Under the pieces are notes generated by a model, which did no database searches, was not told the DNA's origin, and saw nothing but the letters and a program-made list of their open reading frames with translations. DNA of 64,000 nucleotides from Octopus sinensis (lineage: Eukaryota): contig NC_042999.1 in assembly GCF_006345805.1 (NCBI RefSeq), forward strand, positions 23,436,001 to 23,500,000. Direction: 5' to 3'. Numbering within the stretch: the stretch's first letter is position 1; the number at the start of each line of letters is the position of its first letter. Shown piece by piece: positions 25,483-39,275 of the stretch. The translations under genes were made by a program, and so were the position numbers.

Positions 25483-25693
25483 TGAAATAAAACGATTTCT
25501 GTTCAATCTGCGTTCAGCTCCATTTCTTCAATTCACCAATAATGTTTTAATTTCAATTATCCGCACCACGCACGGTTGCAACGCCAGATGGTTGTACCTC
25601 CAACCGTGCTGTTTACTGCTGTGATTTTTGCTACTAAGGTATCGGTTAACTTTTGATTAATCTACAACAAGATTATTCATCTTTCTATTTCAC

Positions 25694-25759
<66 letters not shown>

Positions 25760-26567
25760 ATAAATAATATATATATGAATACACACACACATGTACATAC
25801 ACACACACGCGCACACACACATATATATGTACATATATATACAAATATATATATGTGTGTATATATATGCAATAAATATAAAAAATATAAATTATACATA
25901 TATAAATACATACACATAAATAAATTATATATGTATGAATACCCCACACACACGCACTCACACACACAATATAGAGAAATATATATGTGTGTGTTAATAT
26001 ATGCAATAAATCTAAAAAATATAAATAATATATTTAAATAATATATAAATACATACACATAAATAAATAATATATGTATGAATACCCCCCCGCACACACA
26101 CACACACTCAGATACACACACGCGCGCGCACTAACACACATAAAATGTATTAACATTTGATACATCAAATCGCATCATTATTCAGATGTCGTTAAGAACA
26201 GATAATAGAACAGAATAAATTTAAATATTGACCACATATCTTTTATTTCTAATTTTTTACTTGCTTCAGTCATTGGCCTGCGGTCATCCTCAGTACCCTC
26301 TTTGAAGGTTTTAGTCGAACAATATCTACTGCAGTTATCATTCTTTAAAGTCTGCTGAAGTTCCATCGGTGTCTTTTGCCGAACTGCTTTCTTACGGTGA
26401 CGTAAACAATCCAAACATTGGTTCTCTCACAGTGGTGGGCCACAAACACAAAGACACATACACGCATACTCATGCATACACATACATACATATATACATA
26501 TACACACACAGACACACGCGCACACACACATACACATATATATGTATGTATATATATACATAGGCCT

Positions 26568-26637
<70 letters not shown>

Positions 26638-27670
26638 TATTATAAAAGGCAGATTTTATCTGCCTCCCTTTGGGAGTTATAGAATCTACAATATAGCATT
26701 TCTTCAATTACAATTTACCTGGCATTTTTAAGAGTACAATGCATCGCGTCATGCCAGGTCCAGTTTTTAAAATTTAAACTCCAATTAAGCAAATTTACAG
26801 AAAACTCACATTCTGGTGTGTGTGTCAAATGCTTTTCTTAGTCTGGTTTACACCACACGCAAACGCACACACACAGTGGGCAACGAATAAAGTGAAACTA
26901 GATGTAATATTTGTTTCTCTCTATCACGCTGATAGATACATAAGTAAAATGTATGGGAAGCTAACACATAAGTGTGAGTGAAAATGTTCTTGGAAGAGAG
27001 TAAATAGCCAGAGATAGTGATTTGAGGAAGACTTTACATTAAATAACAGTAGTGGCTTGTGTTAGTAATAAAGTAAACATACACTCATACATACATACAT
27101 ACATACATACATACATACATACACACACACACATACATACATACATACACACACATACATACATACACACATACATACATACATATACATACATACATAT
27201 ACATACATACATACACGCACACACACACACACACATACACAGTATTGAAGCTTGAGAACAATCAGATACATTTGCAACACATCTGTTGAAAATATTATTG
27301 TTCACACACATACATATACATATATACATACAGACAGACAGATAGACACACACACACACACACATGATCCAGCATGGCCACAACCTCAAGGCTGAAACAT
27401 ATAAAAGAATAACAGAATATAAATGTGTGCATGTGTGTGAGAGAGAGAGTGTGTGTGTATATGTATGTATGTATGTATGTATGTATATATATATAATAAT
27501 GCGGTTTTTTCAACAGCTTGAACTAAAAGTCAGAGGGGAATGGGATAAACTACTTATATTAACTTGCTATAAAAGCAGGTAGTAATTTTATCTTGTCCTT
27601 ATTCATAGTGCAAGTTTTGAAGAGTGCATTTCGATTTTAACAGCTATTTTTTTCAAAGCTATATTGGAAC

Positions 27671-27925
27671 AGCCTAGAAGACGAGCCTCATCCTGAAAGA
27701 TCTGTAGAACTCGACAAGGACATCCTGAAAACCCTGGTGGAACAAAATCTCATCGTAACTGTTGAGGAACTAGCAGAGAAGCTTGGATTGGGTCATTCAA
27801 CCATTCATTGAGACCTGTGTGCTATCGGAAAAGTCAGCAAATTGGGTCAATGGGTTCCTCACGAACTTTCCGAGTCTAATTGCATGCAGAGAGTGAATGT
27901 ATGCTTTTCTTTGCTGTCACATCTC
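27671..27925 (+). pseudogene. Mariner transposase relic with WVPHEL motif
   Basis: SLEDEPHPERSVELDKDILKTLVEQNLIVTVEELAEKLGLGHSTIH*DLCAIGKVSKLGQWVPHELSESNCMQRVNVC; the WVPHEL motif is diagnostic; in-frame stop. Confidence 0.85.
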
Positions 27926-27945
27926 ACCACTACTGCGCTAGTATA

Positions 27946-28582
27946 TCTATATATATAAAACTGTAGTTGTGTGAGTGTCTGTCCCCTTCGATTTAGATTC
28001 CTAACTACTCCCACATTTTGCGGTGCAGTTTAACCAAATTCGGGTAGCTTATAGTCGTGATTGATATCGAGCCCGTCTGTGTATTAGCGCGCGTCTACGA
28101 TGAGTCTACGATTTTAAAAATAATTTAACATCATTTTTTATTCCATTTTAATGCATAATTTTTCGTGTGTCGATGGCGGCGGAGTTGGCGTCCACGCTCA
28201 CACCTGCACCTGTGGGGAAGGGAGTGTAAGGAAATCAACGTCGTAATGCGTTGTCAAGGAGACCAGCGTTCTTTTAGAACAATGACTTCATGGCTTGAAG
28301 ACACCAAAACAGAAATGGCTAAGAAAGCGTCTACATGAGTCTACGATTTAAAAAAAAATTTACCATCGTTTTTTTTCCATTTTAATGCATTTTTTCGCTA
28401 TTATATAAGGGAAGTAACTCTCTAAAAATGTCTACGATGAGTCAACGATTTTTCAAAAAATTTACCATCATATTTTTTCCATTTTTAATGCATTTTTTGC
28501 TATTTTTTGGCTATAACTCTCTAAAAATGCTTATATAGTTATTTCCCTTACAAACCCGAGCAACGCCGGGCGATACTGCTAG
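27946..28582 (+). mobile_element. Non-autonomous Helitron
   Basis: Starts A|TCtatatatataaaa, ends with hairpin CCCG-agcaacgc-CGGG then CTAG|T, no TSD; three internal 'gtctacgatgagtctacgatt' repeats. Confidence 0.85.
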
Positions 28583-28621
28583 TATATATATATATATATA
28601 TATACATATATATATACATAT

Positions 28622-28676
<55 letters not shown>

Positions 28677-28679
28677 TAC

Positions 28680-28711
<32 letters not shown>

Positions 28712-28720
28712 ATATATATA

Positions 28721-28763
<43 letters not shown>

Positions 28764-31000
28764 ATTATTCTATTCTTTTTTCTTTTATATGTTTCAGCCA
28801 GCCCTAATGCTGTGACCATGCTGGTGCACCGCCAGTGTAATTACCTTTTAATTGGCAAATTCTAGCCGTAATAATGTTGTCATTTCACCTATCAACAAAT
28901 TGTTTCTAGATTTATGTTCTCTAAAACGTGTAGAATCAGAGATCCCTTACTTGATAGACAGGGAAGGGATAGCGTCAGGCACGGCATTCACTCTAACACA
29001 ATGCATCAATATTACATACGGCTAACCCAAGCTAGCATGAGAAAAATTTACTACAAATGAACGAACGAATGAAGCAATGTTCCTCCAGTTAAATACAGCT
29101 TCTTTATAGTTGTAACAGCCAGCATCTTCTTCACGGAGTTATCTGAAACTAATTCAGCAATGATACGAATCAAATCTTCTTTAGAATAATTCAATAAAGT
29201 AAATTTCTGTAAACTATTTCTTATCTCACTATGCTTCTTTACTCTTTGTTTTCGCATACAGATATTTCTAATAACGTAAGAAGGTTTACAAAATGCTATC
29301 CAGTTAGGAAACAAGAGTTCCGTTAATCTGAAAAGATTTAATATGGCGAATGTTAAAAAGTAAACAAGAATGATTCTGAATGTATATAAGTAGAAGAAAC
29401 CAAAAATTAATATCCCGTTATTTTAAAGAAATCTCGAACACGGAATAGCCGTGAAAACAGTTTATGAGATCAGGTAAATACCCTTAAAAAACAGAAAAAG
29501 TGGGAAGATTTTCTGTTACAGACAACTGAAGCCTGTTCCTCTCAAATTCCGGCTGAGTGCTCTGTAGTATTGAGCAAAGTGACTTTCTCTAATATCTCAG
29601 TGTAGAATCTTGTATAATTAACTTAGTAATTGTTTAATCAATATTTCGGCATGCGTGATGAAATCTATGCATTATTGATTAATTTAAAGCAAGACAGAAA
29701 CATTTCCAGAATTGTCCACCATACTTGCTGGAAAATGAGATAAGTGATTATAAATTGTGATATGCATGGTGAACAGCGATAAATGAAACAACTTGCATAG
29801 TTATTCTTAATACATTTCGACTGATTCCAAAGTGAACACGCTAAATGCTGTCGTGTTTCGACACAGGAGGACAGCTTCTTTACGACGAATATATATTCAT
29901 AACACACTCGGTTCCTCAGCAGAAGAGACTCTGGAACATCCGGTGTTTCGATATCGTTGCTTCTCATCAGTCAGAGGCACCGTCGGATAAATGAACATAG
30001 CGGGAGCTTTTATAACATTAGTGAACAAACTGTTTACTGGTCCGTAGTGATATCTGCCAACCAATACTAAATCGGGATACACTTGTATTTGAACTCGTGG
30101 CGGCATCCACCCGGGGTACATTGAGCCATCTCTGAGTAACGAATTCGCCCTGACGGTCGGCCCTAATGTTCCTGCAGGCAAAGTAATGCTTCCGCTTGAG
30201 ACCCAAGAAGCCCAGCTTCCAAATTTGTCAAATGCCTATCCGGGAGGTGAAATTTCTCCCACGATAGTTCCGGACCCCAGCAATGAAATCATTTGCATAC
30301 AGCCAATCAGAGATCACCTTGATCTTTTTGTCTAATTAACAAACACATTCTGCCAAGCAAATTCAAGACAAAGAACGTTGTTGTAAATCGACCGATCGTT
30401 ACGCCTGATTTTAGGAGACAAGCTATTAAATAGATTTGCATCTATATCTATTATCGGATTTTATTAGGGCCCCGTATGGTAGAGATGTGGATGGGAAAAA
30501 TGTGGGTAGAGGGTGATGTACTAGCAACCCTCTCCCCTTAGTGTTTTACAAAGTAAACAACACAAATAACTACGCAGAGGCAGCCATGGTTGAAACAAGA
30601 ACAAGAACAATAAGCATTATTAAAAGACAAAAGAAGCATGGTCATTCCTTAACCAAAATACCTTATCTTATCGCCCATCGCTTGTTATGCGCTCATAAAT
30701 TAGTTTGATTGGCTGTATGCAAATGAGTTCATAACTTGGGTTAGGAACTCGGGCGAGAAAAAAAATTCGCATCCGGAGGAGCAAGTGTGTCGGATAGCAG
30801 AAACGTTGTAGCCGTAGTCGTTATTCTTTGTTGAGGGACACGGTCTGTGTTCGGAGGTTCCATGTTAATGCAAGTTCACATATGGTTCCCAATCACATGG
30901 AAATCGTGATTTGTTTAGTGAGAATCTATTATTGATTTTTGTCTCTTGCTTTGACTTCGGTTCAACGAATGATTATTTCTTGTTAATTCATGAAATATTT

Positions 31001-31152
31001 AGGAGTGGCTGTGTGGTAAGTAGCTTGCTTACCAACCACGTGGTTCAGTCCCACTGCGTGACACCTTGGGCAAGTGTCTTCTACTATAGCCTCGGGCCGA
31101 CCAAAGCCTTATGAGTGGATTTGATAGACGGAAACTGAAAGAAGCCCGTCGT
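31001..31152 (+). mobile_element. SINE S2 head only
   Basis: 'aggagtggctgtgtggtaag...accttgggcaagtgtctt...gaagcccgtcg'. Confidence 0.8.
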
Positions 31153-31181
31153 ATATATGTATATGTATTATTAGCATCTTT

Positions 31182-31229
<48 letters not shown>

Positions 31230-31259
31230 TTCATCATTTTTTGATTATTATTATTATTA

Positions 31260-31318
<59 letters not shown>

Positions 31319-31926
31319 TTAAATAAGGAACAGTCTCATTTGTACTTTAATGCATGGGCATCAATTCCGAGAATTCGTAGAAATATTTGACGGATCGCAG
31401 TTATTTTATGTATCTTAGTGGGCGAAACGGTTTCAAATGAAAGAAAATAAAATATTTTTTTTTCTTTTTAATTTTTTCATATCTTACAAATTCTCATTTC
31501 TAGTTTACAACCACCATGAAGAATAATGGTAAGTCATAAATTTATTCGAATTTTTGGACATGTTTACATCGTTATATCGTACTTAAGCACCAAGAAGACC
31601 TTTTCCATTCTTTGAAGAGATTCTTCTATAAACAAATTAGACAGAATGAGAATAAAAGCAGACAATAAATGACATGAAAATAACAGAAAAATCAACTAAA
31701 ATGTCATCTTTGAGTGGCATTTTAATGGAAACATTGTTTCTTTCTCCAACCTGACACAAACTCCTCCTGTTTTGTGGTGACAGCGAGGAAAGACATTTAG
31801 ACGAAGATTCTAATCTGTGCTTCTTTACGTTCTTGTTTCATTGCGTCAAAATAGTTTCGTAATTCTTCAGCTGGGGAGAGAGAAGTATGACAGAATATGA
31901 CGAAATGAAATACGTGGGATGTAGGC

Positions 31927-31967
<41 letters not shown>

Positions 31968-32217
31968 TGTGTGTGTGTATGTGTGTGTGCGTGTGACTAG
32001 GACAGGCAGGTAAAGAGAGAGCTAGAGATAAAGAGTAACAGATAACAGACAGAAGGACAGACAGGCAGGCAGGCAGACAGAGAGACAGAGACAAAGGGAC
32101 AGAGAACAGTCATAGAAAGAGGGAGACAGACAGACATACAGACATGCAGACATACATATAGTGGGGTGAGATAGAGAGAAAAACAGACAGACAGAAGGGA
32201 AGTGAGAGAGACAGACT

Positions 32218-32261
<44 letters not shown>

Positions 32262-32423
32262 TTCAAGGGGAGAGAGAGAGACAAAGAGAGGAAGACAGAG
32301 CTAGAGCCAAAGAGAGAGACAGAAAGTGAGACGTAGACACAGAGAGCGAGATTTGGGAGAGCTGAAAAAGAAGGAACAGTGGAGCGTAATGTTAAACTGT
32401 AGAAATTATATGGGTCCCTACAA

Positions 32424-32575
32424 AGGGTCTCTGGAGTAACGCTGTTCGACAAAGTGCATAGCTCGGAGATTAGAGAGTCTCACCTCGTCGAGCTGCTGTC
32501 TTCGCATCTAAACGTTACAACACCAGTACTACAGGCATGTAATGAGAATGTGACAGGAAAGCATCGCAAGATAGC
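32424..32575 (+). pseudogene. RTE-clade LINE ORF C-terminal relic
   Basis: RVSGVTLFDKVHSSEIRES followed, after a frameshift, by QYYRHVMRM*QESIAR; similar to RTE 'GVT..D......IR...QL.Y.GHV.RM'. Confidence 0.55.
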
Positions 32576-32608
32576 CACAAGCGTGGTCGTGTTGTAAGAC
32601 GTTTGCTT

Positions 32609-33027
32609 AAGGCGGCGAGCTGGCAGAACCGTTAGTACGCCGGGCGAAATGCGTAGCCGTATTTCGTCTGCCGTTACGTTCTGAGTTTAAATTCCGCCGA
32701 GGTCGACTTTGCCTGTCATCCTTTCGGGGTCGATTAAATAAGTACCAGTTACGCACTGGGGTCGATATAATCGACTTAATCCATTTCTCTGACCTTGTTT
32801 GTCCCCTCTGTGTGTAACCCCTTGTGGGTAGTAAAGAAATAGGTATTTTTTCTGTCGCTACGTTCTGAGTTCAAATTCCGCCGAGGTCGACTTTGCCTTT
32901 CATCCTTTCGGGGTCGATTAAATAAGTACCAGTTACGCACTGGGATCGATGTAATCGACTAAATCCCTTTGTCTGTCCTTGTTTGTCCTCTCTGTGTTTA
33001 GCCTTTTGTGGGCAATAACGAAATAAG
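32609..33027 (+). mobile_element. SINE S3 with an internally duplicated core
   Basis: Head 'ggcggcgagctggcagaa', two copies of 'ccgaggtcgactttgcct.tcatcctttcggggtcgat'. Confidence 0.85.
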
Positions 33028-35063
33028 ATGACTGCTTACCAACCACATGGTTCTGGATTCAGTACCACTGCGTGGCACCTTGGGCAAGTGTCTTCAATCA
33101 AAGCCACGGGCCGACCGAAGCCTTGTGAGTGGATTTGTTAGACAGAAACTGAAAGACGCCTGTCATATATATGTATGTGTATGTATGTGTGTGTGCCATT
33201 GTGTTTGAGTTTGTGCCCTCCCCCATTACTGGTTGACAACCGTTGTTGGGGTATTTACGTCCCTGTAACATAGAGGTTACCGGTACGTAATGGAGTTTGA
33301 CAGAATAAGTAAGTACCAAACTTAGAAAAATATACTGGGGTCGCTTAATACAATTAAAATTTCTTGAAGGCGGTGCCTCCGCTTGGCCGCAGTCTAACGC
33401 CTGACAGAAATAAATGATTAAAGAAACGATACACGATAGATTCTTCAAGCAAAGCCAACTGGCAGGAGACCTATGAGCAGATCGAGAATGAGATGCTTGG
33501 ATGATATCCGCAGTCGCAGTTGGTTGCGCTTGGCAATTCAGCCGTAAAATGTAATAACGGTTGCTGTCTCTGCCAAGATCTTATGGAGGAGGTACCCGAA
33601 GATTCTGCTACTGTGACCTTTCCAGGAACAATGGCAGAGAAAATGAATGGATGGAAGAAGCGAAAGAACAAAGGAGGAAACTTAATAAGAGAAAGAAAAA
33701 ATAATTGAATTTTTACTCCTTTGTCAAAACTATCGTTTCAAAAATGGCTTTCACCTTTAGAAGCAGCATTGCAAGAAATTTATTCTCAGAAGAAGTGATT
33801 CTCTCAATAAAATTATGAGTATTGTTTTATCTAGTAATGCTAATGATTCTGCAAAAATGGTTCTGCTAAATACGGAATTAGAATTCTTACAATCACTGGA
33901 TTTGGATTTGAAAAATTTCGCTCATTTCAAACATTTCCTATTAGTTACCCGATGTGCGGATGAGTGTGGTATGTATGTGTGTGTGTATTTGAGTGTGTTT
34001 GTGTAAATACATTTATATCTTTTATTACCGTTTATTATGAAGGATTGGCAATCCACGAAAAATGCTTCACAAAGTTTCCGTTAATGTAAGTACACCAGGT
34101 TAACAAGAAAGGAATGACCTCAGCCCGTTCCCCGCCCTTTCCCCCAGATTTGTTTACTTTTGTAATTTTTGTTTTTTTGCCAAAAATTCCCGGTTTCGGA
34201 TACTTAGGTTCCAGAAAATTCCAAAAGTCGGCATTGTGAAATTTTTCTCCACCTTTCCTTCAACTTCTTCAATTTTGACGTTTTCCCAAACACTAACTTA
34301 AACATTTAACCCTAACCCTAACCCTAAAACCGTAACCTTAACTCTAGGACAAGGTTGAAAATTGCTAAAATAATTCTATCATGAAGAAACATTTAGTACC
34401 GATCTCGGTCTTTGCGACTTTTTCAATTTAGAGTAAGCGTGAAAAAACATATTAAATTGTGGAATAATTAAATGAAACGGTTTTTTTACAATATTTCCAA
34501 AGGATTTGTACTATAGTTTCTAATACAGGCATCAGGGACACACGACTACATGAACTAAAGGATACACTCATTGCCAGAAACTATCCATATAATTTACAAA
34601 CACTACATTTGCTGCTTTCAAAGGAATGCTATTGTTGTTCAACTGACGCGATAAAAGGCAAAGCAAGCAACATCATTCTTTGGCGGTAAGTGAATTAGTT
34701 TGTATTTAACATCAAAAGCATTGAATACTCCAGGACACTTTATTTTGTAATGCGTATTCTTAGTATACTCATAGCTTGAGGAATGCTCACAGCGACCCAG
34801 AGGTTTTCTTCTATGTAAATCACGTAGATATTCAGCATATGATTCACACTAATTTGTATTCGATAGGAATGTATCTTTTTGTTTGGAAAATTTATCTAGA
34901 AGGGTTTCTTTATAAAAAAATTGATCTGATGACTGTCCTAACTTTAGGCAAAGACTTTATATAAGATTTCTGTAGTAACATGCATATAATATTTTTGCAT
35001 TAAAAAACCGTCTGTCTGGCAATGTTTATTATTGAAAGCTAATAAACATAGAGAAAATTATAT

Positions 35064-35142
<79 letters not shown>

Positions 35143-36022
35143 ATTTTTATGATAGTGAGTGCAGAATAGTTTTTCCTTCGTTCTGTTTCTTTTTCTTTCC
35201 TCTTTTTTCTTTTTCTTGCTACAAGACATATCCATGATATTTTGATGTGGTTCCGACTAGACAGCATCTTGCTGAGGAGAGGAATAAAAAAAAATATTAT
35301 TAACTTAAACATTCAGAGAGGAAACATTTGGGAGGTTTGACACGTTTGTAATTACGAACAAAGACTAGAATTTTTAATAGAATCTCCGAGGCTGATGAAT
35401 AACAATAACTTTAATTCATCATATTTTTCATAACATGTAAATCAAAGACATTTTATATATTCAGCTAAAATTCCTTTCGAGAGGTAAAAATTCCACAATA
35501 TTACTATTTGTACTTTGTCTTAAGAAATGTTACCTATGATTTCAGAGTATTTATAGAGTTATTTCATTGATTTATTGATCGATTTTTTTTCCAGTTCCAT
35601 CTTTTTTTTCTTACATAATTTATTTGTTTAAATCATGCTTTATATGTAGTATTGCCTCATTTGTTTTGTTCTTCAGAATTTGACAATGTTACATCAAAAG
35701 ATAATCGGATTATACTACTTAGATATAATGCTATCTCCTATATCTGACTGCTTTCTGGGAGAGAAGCATTGCAAAAGGTTATTATTTCGATTTGTCAGAG
35801 GGTGTGGCAGCCTAGATTTCTTCAGAGAAAAGCAGCGTTAATCTTCAGTTGCTATCATAATTTTGTCAATGTATGAAATGAAATTTTCAAATTTTTTCAA
35901 GGACACAAGATGGCGGTGTGGTTAAGAAACTCACTTTGGCTTACAACCACGTGGTTTTCGGTTTAATCCCACTTCACGGCATCTTGACCAAGTGTATTCT
36001 TCTAGAACTCTAGTCGACCAAT

Positions 36023-36122
36023 NNNNNNNNNNNNNNNNNNNNNNNNNNNNNNNNNNNNNNNNNNNNNNNNNNNNNNNNNNNNNNNNNNNNNNNNNNNNNN
36101 NNNNNNNNNNNNNNNNNNNNNN
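36023..36122. other. Assembly gap (100 N)
   Basis: Run of 100 N. Confidence 1.
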
Positions 36123-36595
36123 TTTTCGAATTCTAACCAATCGATGGCCTCTATTTAGCTAAAATCATTTGCTGCGTCTAAAACTGAGACAACATCCTGT
36201 CACTGTTATGTTTACGTACGGAAAGCGTCTGTATAAAATTATAGAATTATTTTGTTTGTTAATTGTTTAAATTATTTTCCATTGCTTTCGTTTTAGCCTT
36301 TCGTTTTTTTTCTTCTTAAGCAATGGAAAATAGTTTAAACAATACACGTGTATCTCAAAACAAAAACAAAACGAATTATTTTAGACACACACGTAACAAT
36401 TAAATTAATTTAACAATTAAGAAAAAAAAAACGAAAGGCTAAAATTTAGGGTTAGGGTTAGGGTTAGGGTTAGTGTTAGGGTTAGGGTTAGTGTTAGTGT
36501 TAGGGTTAGGGTTAGTGACAGGATGTTGTCTCAGTTTTAGACGCAGCAAATGATTTTAGCTCAATAGAGGTCATCGATTGGTTAAAATTCGAAAA
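36123..36595. mobile_element. Fold-back element with ~82-bp inverted arms and an internal telomere-like array
   Basis: 36123-36204 versus 36514-36595 inverted with 3 mismatches; inner inverted blocks ('ttttagcctttcgttttt' / 'aaaaacgaaaggctaaaa'). Confidence 0.75.
36446..36517 (+). repeat. Interstitial (TTAGGG)/(TTAGTG) array, 12 units
   Basis: 8 TTAGGG plus 4 TTAGTG units. Confidence 0.9.
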
Positions 36596-36784
36596 ATTAA
36601 ATTACGTTAAACTTACAAATTACAATTTTCTCAAGAAAGTCAAGAGAAAAAAAATGTTTTATTTTGACACATTCTACCAGTATACGAAGTTTAAAAGTGT
36701 TTAGTTAACTAGAAATTGTGTTGAAAAGTGCCTTGTCTTCTTCCATGTGATGTCTTCGTTCATCGTCGACAATAACGGACGAAC

Positions 36785-36846
<62 letters not shown>

Positions 36847-37304
36847 GTAATAATTAGTGTACTTTTTGTTGATATGTGGATACAAGAATTGCCAAATAAC
36901 GATCTCTTCGCAATCAATATGTTGTCCCGGGTTCGATCCCAAGTAATGCATCTTGGGCAAATATTATACCATTGTAACGGCTGACACAAGCCTTATGAGT
37001 AAAATTGGGCGGTCGGAAACTGTGCAGAAGCTCGTCCTATGGATTGTACCTTTTAACTGAAAGGTTCAAAGGTCAGCTTCACACATTGCTAATGCTGGTT
37101 CTAGCTGAGATTTGCTTTAAAGGTCCACGAGTCAATGGGATTACTGAATCACTTCCGTGGTTAATTCAATGAGCAAATAACGGAGTCGAACGAACGACTG
37201 AAATGCTTATCGTAGACACGAGCGGAGATTCATTTGCTTCCGTACACCTATGTTTGCTCGTGTATGTGTGTGTGTATGTGAAGGAGTGAGAGAGACGAAG
37301 AGAC

Positions 37305-37308
37305 AGAG

Positions 37309-37389
<81 letters not shown>

Positions 37390-37404
37390 CTATCTATCTA
37401 TCTA

Positions 37405-37477
<73 letters not shown>

Positions 37478-37480
37478 TTC
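37305..37480. repeat. (TCTA)n/(TCTG)n microsatellite
   Basis: Directly visible. Confidence 0.9.
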
Positions 37481-37765
37481 TGTGATAACGATCCCTATTG
37501 ATCAATTTTTTTCCTTTCCCTCTTTTTTCTCTCCCTCCCTTTTTTTAAAAAATTTTATTCCCCCCTTTTTTTGTCCTCTTTCTTTCCCTTTACGATCCTT
37601 TTTGATCGAAAACCAAACCCCCTTTTTTACCCCCAAAAGAAAAGCTCTACCTTGTAATTTGTCCTGTCTGTGTGCAGCCCTGTGTGGCTAATAAAGAAAC
37701 ATATCTATCTATCTATCTACCTGTCTGTCTACCTGTCTACCTGTCTGTCTGTCTGTCTGTCTCTG

Positions 37766-37796
<31 letters not shown>

Positions 37797-38499
37797 GTCT
37801 GTCTCTCTCTCTCTCTATCTATCTATCTGGCTAGGTAGCTATCTGTCTATTTGTATTTATATTTATTTAGATGTGTGTGTATGCAAGTTGTAAACACATA
37901 TACATATGTGAATATTTGTTTGTTTTATTGTGTGTCTATATATATATATATGTCTATATATGTATGTGTATATGTGTGTACGTATTTATATGTCCTTTCC
38001 CCTCTCCCTCTCTCACACACACGCACACACACATACAAACTCCAAAGAAGATAAAATAGACTTTCGCACATTTTTAATGACTAGTTACAGTTGTTTCGGT
38101 ACCACTCGTTTTTTAACACCATTACACACCGTCCGATGCAAGTCTGATGAAGAGTCATTCTAATGTATAAAGCTGCAAATATTACGTAACTTTTCACTAG
38201 GGAACTTTTGCGTGAATCAACGTTATAAGACAGAGTTGGTACTGAAATAATTGTAACTCGTCATTAAAACGCTTTCCTTGTTTTATTTTCTCTTCACTAG
38301 ACCCAGACATTGGTTTCATCTGAATTTTTGAAACCCCGGCGGCATTTGAATCAGAACGTATAGTTGGAAGAAAGGCTGTTCAGGCGCCGTAACGATTCTA
38401 CCAGCTTGAAAAATTGTTTCTGCGTTGGCTTGAGAAATGCAAAACACGAAATTGTTGGCCCTTAATTCATTTCTGTAAATTTACAGCCGATTAATGCGC

Positions 38500-39240
38500 A
38501 TGCATGTTTGTGTGTGTGTGCTTGTGTGTATGTGTGTGTGTTTGTGTGTGCATGGGTGTGTGTGTTGTGTGTGTGTGTGTGTATGCATGTGCGTATGTGT
38601 GTGTGTGTGTTTGTGTGTGCATGGGTGTGTGTGTGTTTTTGTTTGTGTGTGTGCATGTGCGAATGTGTGTGTATTTGTATGTGCATGGGTGTGTGTGTTG
38701 TGTGTGTGTGTGTATGCATGTGCGTATGTGTGTGTGTGTTTGTGTGTGCATGGGTGTGTGTGTGTTTTTGTTTGTGTGTGTGCATGTGCGAATGTGTGTG
38801 TATTTGTGTGTGCATGGGTGTGTGTGTGTGTTGTGTGTGTGTTTTTGTTTGTGTGTGTGCATGTGCGAATGTGTGTGTATTTGTGTGTGTATGGGTGTGT
38901 GTGTGTTGTGTGTGTGTGTTTTTGTTGTGTGTGTGCATGTGCGTTTGTGTGTGTGTTGTGTGTGTGTGTGCATGTTTGTATGTTTGTGTATGTTTGTGTG
39001 TTTGTGTGTGTGCATGTGTGTATGTGCGTATGCGTGTTTGTATATGTGTATGTTTGTGTGTTTGTATGTTTGTATGTTTGTGTGTGTTTGTGCGTGTTTG
39101 TGATTGTGTGTTTGTGTGTGTGTGCATGTGCGTGTGTGCGTGCGTGTTTATGTGTTTGTGTGTGTGTGTGTTTGTATGTTTGTGTTTGTGTGTGTGTGTT
39201 TGCGCGTGTGCATGTGTGTATATGTGTGCGTTTGTATGTG

Positions 39241-39275
<35 letters not shown>
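38500..39275. repeat. (TG)n-derived degenerate array with higher-order periodicity
   Basis: Recurring 'gcatgggtgtgtg' and 'gcatgtgcgaatgtgtgtgtatttg' motifs; source of the long His/Thr and Val/Cys ORFs. Confidence 0.9.

Larger units (their letters stand above)
24858..25546. repeat. Long inverted repeat (~320-bp arms, ~45-nt spacer), PLE pLTR-like
   Basis: 24858-25178 is the reverse complement of 25224-25546 apart from two homopolymer indels and one substitution; the element is bounded by (TA)n. Confidence 0.92.

Noticed and set aside
30291-30307. Octamer ATTTGCAT next to CCAAT
   Set aside because: Short motifs expected by chance, and no downstream histone, snRNA or other gene was found.
34307-34345. 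(TAACCC)3 telomere-like repeat
   Set aside because: Too short and quickly degenerate; internal to the scaffold, so not evidence of a chromosome end.
38144-38160. CTGATGAAGAGTC core-like motif near a small inverted repeat (38068-38108 / 38232-38268)
   Set aside because: The second half of stem II and GAAA are missing.
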